From IMG/VR virus record IMGVR_UViG_2639762884_000001: a stretch of 64,000 bases of DNA; one strand, given 5' to 3'. The notes under the pieces were generated by a model, which had not been told where the DNA came from, searched no databases, and was given only the letters and a program-made list of their open reading frames with translations. Source of the DNA: a virus. Taxonomy: Duplodnaviria; Heunggongvirae; Uroviricota; Caudoviricetes. Shown piece after piece: positions 37,410-47,329 of the stretch. Every line of letters begins with the position of its first letter. The stretch's first letter is position 1. Made by a program: the position numbers and the translations under genes.

Positions 37410-40400
37410 CTTCTCACTTGGGGAGTCGGCTCTAAAAGCAGAAAACGCGGTGAAGATTGCCAGAGAAGCTGGCTACACCGCTGTAATTTCAGCAGATAGC
37501 ATGAATATTGCGAGCGTTATTCCACTACAACGTGCCGCTGGTGACGACATGGCGGTTATTTGTGGTGTGAAACTAAACATTGTTGATGATCCCACATACG
37601 AGCACCGGGCTAAACTTGCTAAAGAATCTATGAGATGTATGGAATCATTAGAGCGGGGACGTAACTACTCGTTTACCGCTCTAATTAAAAATGAGCAAGG
37701 ATATCGCGACATCTGCGAACTAATGACGGTGGCCAACACACGAGAACAGTTCTACTTTGTACCGCGTCTCTCGCTCGAACAGTTGGTTTCTACATATGCC
37801 AAAGGCAACATCATCCTGCTCACTTCCGACATCGGTAGCGTGTTCCAACGCAACGATTTTGCAAAAATCATAAGCTCACTGATTACAGCGGGCGGGAAAG
37901 ACAACTTCTATAGCGTGGTTTATCCGCACCCTACCCCATTCTACGACCAGATTAACGTCCGAGCGATGAAAGTAGCCAGCGCACTGAAAATAGAGCCAGT
38001 AGCGTTCTATCCCGCTTATTACGAATCGATCGACGATGCAGACATTAAAGACATTGCGCACATGGTTACGAACAACATAAAAATCGACCAGCCGCATCGT
38101 CTGCGTATCCCCCACCAGCGAGATAACGCCGTCAATGGTCGCCGCCATCTCCTTGAGGCGCTTAAAGCCTTCTCCGTTCGCATGGATGTGCCGGTAACAG
38201 CTGCAATGGCCTCAACAACGCAGGACTCCATTATCGAAGCCTGTACATGGCGCTGGCATGAATTGCCACCAGCACTGCCCAAGATGGCAGACGACGAGCC
38301 TGCAACGCTGATGAAACTGGCTGTTGCAGGGCTGCGCAAACGTCTTACCACAAAAGAGTTTGGCTACACACCACCGGCTTCTGAGAACAGGGTTTATGTT
38401 GAGCGACTTAAGTACGAAATGGACACGCTTACTCGCCTGGGATTTTGTGGTTACTTCCTGATGGTACGCGATCTGATGAATCACAGCCGTGAAACTGGCA
38501 TTCCTGTCGGGCCTGGTCGTGGTTCCTCCGCTGGCTCTTTGGTGGCATGGTGCATAGGCATAACCAACGTCGACCCTATCCGTCACGGTCTTCTGTTTGA
38601 ACGTTTCATCAACCCTGAGCGTCTCGACTTGCCAGATGCGGATTTGGACTTCAGCCAGGCACGTCGCCATGAGGTGATCGAGTATCTGAATGAACGATAC
38701 GGCGAAGATTACGTTGCGGGTATTCCGAACTTCACATATCTGGGCGCAGCCTCTGCACTACGTGACACCGCTCGTATTTATGGTGTGGAGTCCGCAGATA
38801 TGGCGGTATCAAAAGAACTGAAGAACGTCGAGGATGATAGCCTTCCATTGGAAGAGCTGCGCGAACAACTGGCAAGTCTCGACAAATACGCGACAAAATA
38901 TCCTGATGCATTCAATGCAGCCTGCAAGTTACAAAGCCTTATGCGTGGCTTTGGTAGACATGCGGCAGGGATGATCGTAGCAGGTGTTCCTCTGACAGAA
39001 CGTACACCGGTTGAGCGCCGTGGTGACGCGCGTTGTATCGCATTTGACAAGCGTTACTGCGAGGCTATGGGCCTAATTAAGCTGGACGTACTTGGCCTAG
39101 CAACTCTCGATTTGCTTGATAGTGCAAAACGCTACATTAAAGAGAACACAGGTGAAGATATCAATCTTGATGCCATTTCTCTTGAAGATCGCAAGGTGCT
39201 GGATGGTTTTGCTGCTGGGTACACTCAAGGTGTTTTCCAGCTTGAATCAGGCCCAATGCGCAAGCTGCTTAAAGATTTAGGTGGTGGAATTGAGCCAATG
39301 AGCTTTAAAACGGTCGTCGCTACGACTGCGCTCTTCCGGCCGGGGCCAATTCAGTCAGGCATGTTGGATGACTATGTTTCTGTCGCCAAAGGCTTTATGA
39401 CGCCGGAATCATTACACCCCGTTCTTGATGAACTTACCGCGGAAACAAATGGCGTGATTCTCTATCAGGAACAGACGATGAACGCGACTCGATTGCTTGC
39501 CGGCTTCACAATGGCTGAAGCTGACGCTGTGCGTTCCGCAATCGGTAAGAAGAACATGGAAAAAATGAAGAGCATGGGCGAGAAGTTCATCGTTCAGGCT
39601 CAAGCTGGCTGGATAGACGTTGAGCTGGAAGATGGCACTACACAGCGCATTCACCGTGCGGAACATTTTAAATGCGAAGACGGAACTCTGAAAACTGTCG
39701 AAGAGGCACTTGAGCACGGCGCAAAACTACCTATAAACGCAGTACGCGTTACAGCGTCACATCCAGGGCTATCAGAGATGAAAGCGAAGGAGATCTGGAC
39801 CGCATTCGAAAAAAATGGTGCCTACCAGTTCAACAAATCACACTCTGTTGCTTACTCCTTGATCAGTTATCAATCTATGTGGTTGAAAACTCATTATCCC
39901 GCAGAGTTTTTCGCTGCTGCTCTCACTATTCTTGGCGAAGATAAACACCAGGGGCTGGTTAAAGATGCGCTGACCTATGGTATTCGCGTATTGCCACCAG
40001 ACGTTAACGTGTCATCCAACCGAATCGAGATCCGCACGCTTGAAGATGGCAGCCAGGTGCTGTATGCGCCCTTCTCTGCTGTGAAGGGGTGTTCTGAGAA
40101 TGGCTGCCAAGCCATCATGAGAGCGCGAGAAAAAGTTGGCGGCAAATTCGAGTCACTGGCGCAATTCGAAGAAGCTGTCGAGAAACGTGCCTGTAATAGT
40201 CGAGTGCGCGAATCGCTGCAAAAAGTAGGGGCGTTTGCATCCATCGAGCCAGGTAGTCTGCCAGCAACTGATCCAGAGCGCCTACGCGACCAGGCTGAAT
40301 TGATGGGAAACCTTGTCATAGACGCAGTTAAAGCCTCACGTCCGTTTGAGATGAACCCCAAACGTTCGGCTGAGATTAACGTGCTCATGACACGGATGGC

Positions 40401-40902
40401 GGCTGAAATGGGCTTAGGTGATGAACTAATCCGCCCCAGCATTGGTATTAAGCCGAAAATCATGATCATTCTGGACAATGCGAACGGCAATGATGCTCGA
40501 ACCGGTTACTTTATGGAGAACGGATACGACGATTTTAAGGCCAAGCTATTGACGGCTGGAGATTTACGCATGGGCGATCTGTATGTCACAGGCGTTTGCA
40601 AAAAGGTGAAAGACAAAGAAAAGGACTACACCAAAGACGAGATCGGCCAGTTCACCGACTTTATGCGTGAAGAGATCAATCTGGTACGTCCGACCTATGT
40701 GCTGACGTGTGGCAGCCGGGCGACGTCGCTCTTCAACAACAAGATCAAACCATCCGACCTGGTTGGACGCAAAGAGTATCTGCCGGAGCTGGATGTGACT
40801 GTTTTCTACGGATTTAACCCGAATATTTTGTACTTTCGCCCAGAGGAAGGCGAAAAGCTGGAAGCAATTCTTGCAGAGGTAGCGGAGACTATTAGCAAAT
40901 GA
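37384..40902 (+). CDS. DNA polymerase III alpha-type (DnaE-like) replicative polymerase with C-terminal UDG-like domain
   Basis: DnaE palm signature GFCGYFLMVRDLMNHSRETGIPVGPGRGSSAGSLVAWCIGITNVDPIRHGLLFERFINPERLDLPDADLDF; N-terminal PHP-like region; C-terminal ~200 aa with UDG-superfamily-like pattern. Confidence 0.8.
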   Translation: MKALMVRTDFSLGESALKAENAVKIAREAGYTAVISADSMNIASVIPLQRAAGDDMAVICGVKLNIVDDPTYEHRAKLAKESMRCMESLERGRNYSFTALIKNEQGYRDICELMTVANTREQFYFVPRLSLEQLVSTYAKGNIILLTSDIGSVFQRNDFAKIISSLITAGGKDNFYSVVYPHPTPFYDQINVRAMKVASALKIEPVAFYPAYYESIDDADIKDIAHMVTNNIKIDQPHRLRIPHQRDNAVNGRRHLLEALKAFSVRMDVPVTAAMASTTQDSIIEACTWRWHELPPALPKMADDEPATLMKLAVAGLRKRLTTKEFGYTPPASENRVYVERLKYEMDTLTRLGFCGYFLMVRDLMNHSRETGIPVGPGRGSSAGSLVAWCIGITNVDPIRHGLLFERFINPERLDLPDADLDFSQARRHEVIEYLNERYGEDYVAGIPNFTYLGAASALRDTARIYGVESADMAVSKELKNVEDDSLPLEELREQLASLDKYATKYPDAFNAACKLQSLMRGFGRHAAGMIVAGVPLTERTPVERRGDARCIAFDKRYCEAMGLIKLDVLGLATLDLLDSAKRYIKENTGEDINLDAISLEDRKVLDGFAAGYTQGVFQLESGPMRKLLKDLGGGIEPMSFKTVVATTALFRPGPIQSGMLDDYVSVAKGFMTPESLHPVLDELTAETNGVILYQEQTMNATRLLAGFTMAEADAVRSAIGKKNMEKMKSMGEKFIVQAQAGWIDVELEDGTTQRIHRAEHFKCEDGTLKTVEEALEHGAKLPINAVRVTASHPGLSEMKAKEIWTAFEKNGAYQFNKSHSVAYSLISYQSMWLKTHYPAEFFAAALTILGEDKHQGLVKDALTYGIRVLPPDVNVSSNRIEIRTLEDGSQVLYAPFSAVKGCSENGCQAIMRAREKVGGKFESLAQFEEAVEKRACNSRVRESLQKVGAFASIEPGSLPATDPERLRDQAELMGNLVIDAVKASRPFEMNPKRSAEINVLMTRMAAEMGLGDELIRPSIGIKPKIMIILDNANGNDARTGYFMENGYDDFKAKLLTAGDLRMGDLYVTGVCKKVKDKEKDYTKDEIGQFTDFMREEINLVRPTYVLTCGSRATSLFNNKIKPSDLVGRKEYLPELDVTVFYGFNPNILYFRPEEGEKLEAILAEVAETISK

Positions 40903-41050
40903 ACAAAGAGAACACCATGAAGGTGGCCAGAGAGAAAAGAGTTTATGGAAGTAAACAAGATTGGCGATGTAAGACAGTACAGGCTGAAGTGCCAAACCAG
41001 AGTCTCGCTATCCAACATTCTTGGTAAGAAGGTCGCTTAATATAATAAAC

Positions 41051-41077
41051 AGGCCCGTTATATAACGGGCCTTTTAG
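41051..41077. terminator. Bidirectional rho-independent terminator
   Basis: aggcccgtta-tata-acgggcct followed by TTTT; between the polymerase operon and the convergent minus-strand gene. Confidence 0.55.
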
Positions 41078-42058
41078 TTAACAAATTCTATTATTAACTA
41101 GTATAGTATGGAGTTTATTATTTATAGGGGAATACGGATCGAAATCACTCATCATGACACTATTTGATTCGCACGCCTGTTCAAAGGCATACATAATTAT
41201 AGGCATATAGCGCTCATGACATTTTTTAAGTGATTTAACTTCCTCTGATAGATACTCTAGTCGATTGTTACCTCTAATAGCCAATTCCACCTCATCATAT
41301 GAGTACAACAAATCGTTTAAATCACAGAAAAAATTAAAATTTGGTAGTCCATGTTTTAAATCCCCGTCCACAATTGTTTCTTCAAAGAATTCCCCTAATG
41401 CAGTAATGTTTCTCTCAATACCTTCGCATCGTTCAATGATCTTCAGATCTTCACTAGATAGCCATAATCTAAGCCATTTCTCTCTATCCCTTGGAGATTT
41501 CAGATATTGGTCTTCGTTAAATGTTACTGATGTACTTCCTGAGTTATTGTAATCCGCTGTACTTGATAACGATGCGATGGTTTGTTTGTCTAAATGCCGC
41601 CAGTAAATATCTGGCTCTTCATGCTTATTATCTTCGTTTAGACAAATTAAAACGATCACTATAGGGAAATCGCATTCCCCCCAATACTTTAAATTTTTAT
41701 AGGGGATCTGTACTCCTAGACTACTACTCATTGTGCGTGAGGTGGTTTTTACCTGAACGCCAATAAACATACCGGTAGAAAGTTCATTTTCATAGATTTC
41801 AACCTGTGCATCCAACCCCATATCAATATCCAGCAGTCGACAAGGCCATTTGAAATAACGGGAAATCCAATAAGCAAATAAGTACTCACCAGCGTGTCCT
41901 TCTGCACTGGTCTTCGGATATGTCATGCCTTCAGTTTTATTTTTTTCTGCTGCTGACCTCGCAGACTTAACTTTTGGGGGTGGGGACAGTTCTTTAGTCG
42001 GCACAGGCTTTTCTGCTTTTGCTTGATTGTTAGCTTTATTCATTGATTTTATTCTCAC
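41078..42058 (-). CDS. AT-rich PD-(D/E)xK nuclease-like protein (DUF4365-like) of unknown function (candidate defence gene)
   Basis: 326 aa; after a Lys/Pro-rich N-terminus: AEGHAGEYLFAYWI ... LLDIDMGLDAQVEIY ... FIGVQVKTT, a D...E...(Q)VK arrangement of restriction-endonuclease-like folds; low GC; opposite strand. Confidence 0.5.
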   Translation of the reverse strand: MRIKSMNKANNQAKAEKPVPTKELSPPPKVKSARSAAEKNKTEGMTYPKTSAEGHAGEYLFAYWISRYFKWPCRLLDIDMGLDAQVEIYENELSTGMFIGVQVKTTSRTMSSSLGVQIPYKNLKYWGECDFPIVIVLICLNEDNKHEEPDIYWRHLDKQTIASLSSTADYNNSGSTSVTFNEDQYLKSPRDREKWLRLWLSSEDLKIIERCEGIERNITALGEFFEETIVDGDLKHGLPNFNFFCDLNDLLYSYDEVELAIRGNNRLEYLSEEVKSLKKCHERYMPIIMYAFEQACESNSVMMSDFDPYSPINNKLHTILVNNRIC

Positions 42059-42186
42059 TTTGTTCTGTTCGCTTTATGCCCTGATTCTGCCCTTTAGCTC
42101 CCATACTGTCTACCGCTAATCATAGCAGTAAAGCTCTTTTTATTTGATATAATCAAATACACAAAATTAAGTTGGAACCTATCAAA

Positions 42187-42618
42187 ATGAGTGCAGATAT
42201 CTACGAAAAAATAATGTCCGATCTTGAATTCGACCGCGACAATCTGGAGGAAGTCTGGCGTCAGCAACCGCGCTTGTTGATGGAGTATGGCTCAAAACTC
42301 GCTCATGCAGAAAGAAGTGTCGCAGAGGCAAAACTTAACCTTGAAGCTGTTGAAGCAAAGCTATACGACACAGAGCGTAAGAACTTGAGTATGAACGGCA
42401 TTAAGTTCAACGAGTCTGTACTGGACGCTAAGGTTAAAACAAACCCACAGTATCTATCTAAACGTCAGAAGTTGGATGACGCACGGCACATAGCAGACAT
42501 ATACAAACATGCTGTCGCCGCCTTTTCGCATCGCCGAGACATGATCGTTCAGGCGTCAAAGATGGCCATCGTTGAATTAAAGCGATTAGGCTCTGAACGC
42601 TTTATTACTCCCCGTTAA
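42187..42618 (+). CDS. Hypothetical protein
   Basis: ORF track uses a TTG at 42172; first ATG at 42187; helical protein with no clear family. Confidence 0.35.
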   Translation: MSADIYEKIMSDLEFDRDNLEEVWRQQPRLLMEYGSKLAHAERSVAEAKLNLEAVEAKLYDTERKNLSMNGIKFNESVLDAKVKTNPQYLSKRQKLDDARHIADIYKHAVAAFSHRRDMIVQASKMAIVELKRLGSERFITPR

Positions 42619-42735
42619 TTTTTGATAGATAATAAGTAAGTACTGATCTATCATTTAACAGCTCGAAAGAGCCACGAATGAACGAAAGCCCAACGCGCAT
42701 AGCGCCATCGGCCAAATCACAACAAGGAGAAACAC

Positions 42736-43764
42736 ATGTCTAAGACATTACTTGATTTGCTTAACAAAACTCGTGAAGACATTGCCGCCAAACGTGGTAA
42801 CAACGTTGATCTGACTCGCTTAAAAGACGGCGTTAACTATATCCGCATCTTCCCGAATAAAGACGACCCAAACGGTAAGTTCTTCCAGACTTTCGGTATG
42901 CACTACGTTAAGTATCAGAACGAGGAAGGTAAAGAAGCAACCAACGCTTATATTTGTGAGCAACATACTCACGGTCGCGCTTGTCAGCTATGCGAAATGG
43001 TGATGGAAGGTCGCGCTCGTCACAAGGGTAACAAAGCAATGGAAGAACGCATCGGTCAAATGCGTGCCACTCCTCGCTACCTGGTCAACGGCATTCTTTC
43101 TGCTCGTGAGGATTTCGCAGATGCTGAGAAATGCCAGTTAATCGAGCTGCCGTCTACTGTATTCGATGATATCTGCAAAGCAATCACCGAAGACATCGCT
43201 GATGATATCGGCAATCCACTGAGCAAAGAGGAAGGCTACGCATTCCTGATTAAACGTACTGGCTCTGGTCGCGATACCAAATATGACGTCTCGCCTAAGC
43301 GTAAAGTCTACAAAGGCGATATCGAAGATAAATTCTGGAACACCCAGCATGATCTGATCGCATACGCAAATCAGGCTGATGAAACTCGTCTTCTGTCGAC
43401 AGTTCGCACTATGGGTCGTCTGATTGGCATCGCTGCACCAACTGCCGCAGCATCTGCACCAGCAATTTCCTCAACCGCGAAAACATCGGCTGCGGCACTA
43501 CCTGGATTTGGCTCTGTCACTGGTCATACAGAAGGAGCGACGGCTGTAGCAACCGCGCACACACCGGCTTCTGAACCAACCAGTCTGGTTGATGAAGAAA
43601 TCCTCCGTGCCGTTGAAACTGAATTTAAACCAGAGGCAAGTTCCGCTGCCGTTGCCGTATCAGTCAAAGAGTCTGAAGCAGTCGCAGCGACATCTGTAGC
43701 AACCGCATCTGCGACGGAAGATGAAGGTCTGGATGACCTACTGAGAGAGCTGGACTCTCTGTAA
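42736..43764 (+). CDS. Single-stranded DNA-binding protein, T4 gp32-like
   Basis: Zinc-binding pattern C-x2-H-x5-C-x2-C (CEQHTHGRACQLC) in an OB-fold-sized N-terminal domain; acidic C-terminal tail (EDEGLDDLLRELDSL). Confidence 0.6.
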   Translation: MSKTLLDLLNKTREDIAAKRGNNVDLTRLKDGVNYIRIFPNKDDPNGKFFQTFGMHYVKYQNEEGKEATNAYICEQHTHGRACQLCEMVMEGRARHKGNKAMEERIGQMRATPRYLVNGILSAREDFADAEKCQLIELPSTVFDDICKAITEDIADDIGNPLSKEEGYAFLIKRTGSGRDTKYDVSPKRKVYKGDIEDKFWNTQHDLIAYANQADETRLLSTVRTMGRLIGIAAPTAAASAPAISSTAKTSAAALPGFGSVTGHTEGATAVATAHTPASEPTSLVDEEILRAVETEFKPEASSAAVAVSVKESEAVAATSVATASATEDEGLDDLLRELDSL

Positions 43765-43780
43765 TCCCATTACGTGACCA

Positions 43781-43809
43781 GTAAGGCGTCTACGGACGCC
43801 TTACTTTTT
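43781..43809 (+). terminator. Rho-independent terminator
   Basis: gtaaggcgtc-tacg-gacgccttac followed by TTTTT; overlaps the annotated 5' end of the next track ORF. Confidence 0.55.
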
Positions 43810-43827
43810 GGAAGGAATGTACCGGTG

Positions 43828-44769
43828 AATTATCTCTTCGTAGATGGCAATAGCCTGGGTTATTACCACCAACAATCTGACAAATTGCACAACGGCGAAA
43901 TGGAAGTACAGGCTGCTTTCGGCTTTGTTAAGAACGTCCGTCGTTATGCCTCCATCCTCCATGCCCGACCTATGATTCTTTGGGATGGATTTAGTGACAA
44001 GCGTCGCGACTTTTACCCGGACTACAAAGCAAATCGCGACGACGATCCTGATATGAAAAAGATGAAGGAAGGCTTTGCTATCCAGAAGCCATACATCCTC
44101 AAAATGATGACCGCGCTTGGAGTTACCCAACTCATTGCAAAAGATGCAGAAGCGGATGATCTGGCCGGGCTGCTGGTATCCCGCATGGCACCGCAGCCAA
44201 CCGTTGAACACATCTATCTGTTAACAGGCGATAGCGACTGGCTTCAGTTAGTTCGTGAAAACGTAAGCTGGGTAAGCCTGCGTGAAGACGCCAAAAACAA
44301 GCAGGTTAATTTTGAGCAATTTGCGGAGCTGACAGGATTCGCCACGCCTCGCGCATTTTTGGAAGCAAAAGCATTACAAGGCGATAACTCGGACAACATT
44401 AGCGGTGTTGGTGGCATTGGTGCTGGCGGTGCGAAAGAGCTGCTGCATGAATGGGGAAGTGTCGCAACGATGGTACGCGGCATCAACGACGGCTCAATCG
44501 TGGTTAATAAAGGGCGTCATAAGACCGCCTTCAACAAACTAGCGAAGAATGCCTTCAACGAGAAAACAGGCTGTCGAATGCTCGAAGCGTTCAAGAGAAA
44601 CATCACGCTAATGAACCTGATTGAGACGAAGTTTCCGCCTACCGAAATCGAAACAATCAAAGGCAATCGTGACGTGAAAGCATTCGAGCAACTGTGCTAC
44701 GAGCTGAATTTCCGTTCGTTCCTTGAAGACCTTGAAGTGTTTGTTCTTCCATTCGAAAGGTATTGCTAA
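43828..44769 (+). CDS. 5'-3' exonuclease / flap endonuclease (Pol I N-terminal-domain family)
   Basis: LFVDGNSLGYY ... ILWDG ... DYKANRD ... KDAEADDL motifs; start moved to GTG at 43828 (RBS ggaagga) because the track ATG at 43774 lies inside the upstream terminator; start uncertain. Confidence 0.7.
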   Translation, partial: NYLFVDGNSLGYYHQQSDKLHNGEMEVQAAFGFVKNVRRYASILHARPMILWDGFSDKRRDFYPDYKANRDDDPDMKKMKEGFAIQKPYILKMMTALGVTQLIAKDAEADDLAGLLVSRMAPQPTVEHIYLLTGDSDWLQLVRENVSWVSLREDAKNKQVNFEQFAELTGFATPRAFLEAKALQGDNSDNISGVGGIGAGGAKELLHEWGSVATMVRGINDGSIVVNKGRHKTAFNKLAKNAFNEKTGCRMLEAFKRNITLMNLIETKFPPTEIETIKGNRDVKAFEQLCYELNFRSFLEDLEVFVLPFERYC

Positions 44770-45035
44770 TGCTTAAATCGATTATCAATGGCGCTACAAC
44801 CACCCCTGCCCAACTGGCAAAAGAGATTGTCTTTTATCACGGTGAGTACGCTGTCATCGCACTGCCGTCAATTCTAGGCGCTGCCGGAATGAAAGCGACA
44901 GATCGCGAGTTTGGATTAGTCAGCGAGCAGGTCGTAAAAATCCTCGCTCGTGTATCCAGACTCCTTAACCACGATGCGATTGTATTCGATGAATCCGCCG
45001 CTTTAAAACGAATCAACGAAACAAAAGGAGCCTGA
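44763..45035 (+). CDS. Hypothetical protein
   Basis: 90-aa ORF between exonuclease and recA-like genes. Confidence 0.3.
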   Translation: MLMLKSIINGATTTPAQLAKEIVFYHGEYAVIALPSILGAAGMKATDREFGLVSEQVVKILARVSRLLNHDAIVFDESAALKRINETKGA

Positions 45036-45037
45036 TC

Positions 45038-46111
45038 ATGGCAAAAGGAAAATCCGCACTGGCACTTGCTCTGAAAAAGAAAATCGGTAGCAACGACGAA
45101 ATTCAGAAAGTAACTCATTGGATTGATACAGGCTTTCCACCGTTAAACAAAGCTATTTCTGGTCGTTACGATGGCGGCTTCCCATGTGGTCGTATCGTCG
45201 AAGTATTCGGTCCTCCAAGTGCAGGGAAAACGTTCCTTGCAACAGCAGCGATGATCTCCGCTCAAAAACAAGATGGTCTGGCGGTATTCCTCGATCATGA
45301 AAACAGTTTTGACGTTGGCCTGGCTGTAGCCAATGGCCTGAACGCAGATGAGGATGACGGTCAGTGGGTATACAAGCAGCCAGATACCTTCGAAGACTCT
45401 GTAGAGTTGATCGGCACAATACTTAAATTGGTTCGTGATGAAGAGCTTATCCCCGAATCAGCACCTATCTGTATCGTGGCTGACTCTCTTGCGTCTATGG
45501 TTCCGAACTCCAAAGCTGAGAAGTTCGAAAAGATGGCTGAAGGCACTGCCAAAGACAAAGATCAGCTAAACATGAACGACAATACGGCACTGGCTCGTGC
45601 GACGAGTGCGAACTTCCCTACTCTGGCTTTGTGGGCACGCAAATACAACGCCTGCATCATCTTCTTGAATCAGGTTCGCACAAAAATCGGTGTAATGTTT
45701 GGCGACCCTACTACGTCGCCAGGTGGAGATTCACCGAAGTTCTACGCTTCTGTACGTATCCGTCTTGGTGCATCGGTGATGAAGGATGGTAAAGAGAAGA
45801 TCGGCCAGGACGTAGGCGCAGAATGCATCAAAAACAAAGTTGCACCACCGTATGGCAAATGCACCTGGAAATTCTACTTCGATCCTACTCGTGGCCTCGA
45901 CGTTATCGAATCGCTCGTCGAGTACATGCTGGAAGAAGGATACCTGCCAAAGAACGCCAGCGGGCGAGTTGAAATTGGTGACAAGAAATACACCAAATCG
46001 CAGATCGTCGAGATGTATCGGGAGAAGCCACTGGCTGAAATCATTGCGGCTTTGCAGGCAATCGACGACCGAAGAGCAAAAGACAACCCCACCGAGTCAG
46101 TAGAAGAGTAA
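45038..46111 (+). CDS. recA: RecA-like recombinase
   Basis: Walker A GPPSAGKT; IIFLNQVRTKIGVMFGDPTTSPGGDSPKFYASVRIRLG closely resembles the RecA core. Confidence 0.8.
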   Translation: MAKGKSALALALKKKIGSNDEIQKVTHWIDTGFPPLNKAISGRYDGGFPCGRIVEVFGPPSAGKTFLATAAMISAQKQDGLAVFLDHENSFDVGLAVANGLNADEDDGQWVYKQPDTFEDSVELIGTILKLVRDEELIPESAPICIVADSLASMVPNSKAEKFEKMAEGTAKDKDQLNMNDNTALARATSANFPTLALWARKYNACIIFLNQVRTKIGVMFGDPTTSPGGDSPKFYASVRIRLGASVMKDGKEKIGQDVGAECIKNKVAPPYGKCTWKFYFDPTRGLDVIESLVEYMLEEGYLPKNASGRVEIGDKKYTKSQIVEMYREKPLAEIIAALQAIDDRRAKDNPTESVEE

Positions 46112-46117
46112 ACACAA

Positions 46118-46141
46118 GGCGTCCACAGGACGCCTTTTTTA
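46118..46141 (+). terminator. Rho-independent terminator
   Basis: ggcgtcc-acag-ggacgcc followed by TTTTTT. Confidence 0.65.
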
Positions 46142-46203
46142 TCTCTTGAAAATATATAAGTGCTTACTTATTATTTTCGCATAACAACCACATAGGAAAA
46201 CAC

Positions 46204-46404
46204 ATGATCAAAATCTATCTATTGGCAGTAGCCACAGGCCTTTCAGTGGCTCTCATCTACGGTTTACTGGTTCCGTCGCTGATTTCTACCAAGAGTGATT
46301 TAGCCGTCATGTTTGGAGTTATCGTTGGTTTTGGTGCTCCTGTAATCGGTCTTATTGCTGGTCGTAAGTTTATCAACTCATTAATCAAAGCAAAGGGGAA
46401 ATAA
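46204..46404 (+). CDS. Small membrane protein
   Basis: 66 aa, two hydrophobic segments. Confidence 0.4.
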   Translation: MIKIYLLAVATGLSVALIYGLLVPSLISTKSDLAVMFGVIVGFGAPVIGLIAGRKFINSLIKAKGK

Positions 46405-46407
46405 GTA

Positions 46408-47238
46408 ATGAAGAAAGGTTTACTTGCAGTTGCTCTGGCGGCTATTTGCACAATGGGTCTTACTGGCTGCGATCGCGTGGAGCCTGGATACGTTGGCATC
46501 AAAGTAAACAAATTAGGTGAAGACAAAGGGATTGGTGAAGTGGTTGGCGTTGGTCGCCAATGGACAGGTCTTAACACCGAACTTTACGTATTCCCGACCT
46601 TCAAACAAATGAAGACCTACGACGAGCCGTTCACATTCCAGATGAGTGACGGTACTGCTATTGGTCACAAAATTGGCGTTGCGTATCTGGTTAATCGTGA
46701 CAAGGTAACGACGGTGTTCCAGACCTATCGCAAAGGCGTAGACGATATCACCGAATCAGATCTGCGTCAGAAAATTGCCGACTCTCTAAACCGTTTGGCC
46801 AGCCGTATGACCACTGACTCATTTATCGACGGTGGTAAGGCACAATTGCTGGACAACGCACTGAAAGATATTCAGAAAGAGATGTCTCCGGTTGGTATTG
46901 AGGTACTGAGCCTGTCATGGGTTGGAAAGCCTGATTACCCAAAAACTGTCATTGAATCTATTAACGCCAAAGTAACGGCTAACCAGCGTACTCTGCAACG
47001 TCAGCAGGAAGTTGAACAACGTAAAGCTGAGGCGAATATGCTACGTGAACAGGCTAATGGTGAAGCTGATGCTATCCGTGCTCGTGCGCAAGCAGAAGCA
47101 GACGCCATTCGTCTGCGCGGTGAAGCTCTGCGTCAAAACCCGAACGTTATGGAACTGGAAGCCATCAATAAATGGAATGGCCAGTTACCGCAGTACATGA
47201 CTCAAGGGGCTAACACTCCTTTCATTACAGTGAAATAA
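46408..47238 (+). CDS. SPFH/band-7 (prohibitin-like) domain lipoprotein
   Basis: Lipoprotein signal MKKGLLAVALAAICTMGLTGC; SPFH-like core followed by a coiled-coil Ala/Glu/Arg-rich segment. Confidence 0.6.
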   Translation: MKKGLLAVALAAICTMGLTGCDRVEPGYVGIKVNKLGEDKGIGEVVGVGRQWTGLNTELYVFPTFKQMKTYDEPFTFQMSDGTAIGHKIGVAYLVNRDKVTTVFQTYRKGVDDITESDLRQKIADSLNRLASRMTTDSFIDGGKAQLLDNALKDIQKEMSPVGIEVLSLSWVGKPDYPKTVIESINAKVTANQRTLQRQQEVEQRKAEANMLREQANGEADAIRARAQAEADAIRLRGEALRQNPNVMELEAINKWNGQLPQYMTQGANTPFITVK

Positions 47239-47254
47239 CTCCCCTAAAAAGTTC

Positions 47255-47280
47255 AGGCGTCCAGTTGGACGCCTTTTTTA
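47255..47280 (+). terminator. Rho-independent terminator
   Basis: aggcgtcc-agtt-ggacgcct followed by TTTTT; stem sequence nearly identical to the terminator at 46118. Confidence 0.65.
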
Positions 47281-47329
47281 TCGCAATTATCTTATTAAGA
47301 AAACAATTTGTTTAAAAGGATAAGAAAAC

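Noticed and set aside
37876-40995. Minus-strand ORFs within the polymerase gene (for example 38212-38670, 39975-40490, 40564-40995)
   Set aside because: Fully contained in the DnaE-like coding sequence, which has strong conserved motifs on the plus strand
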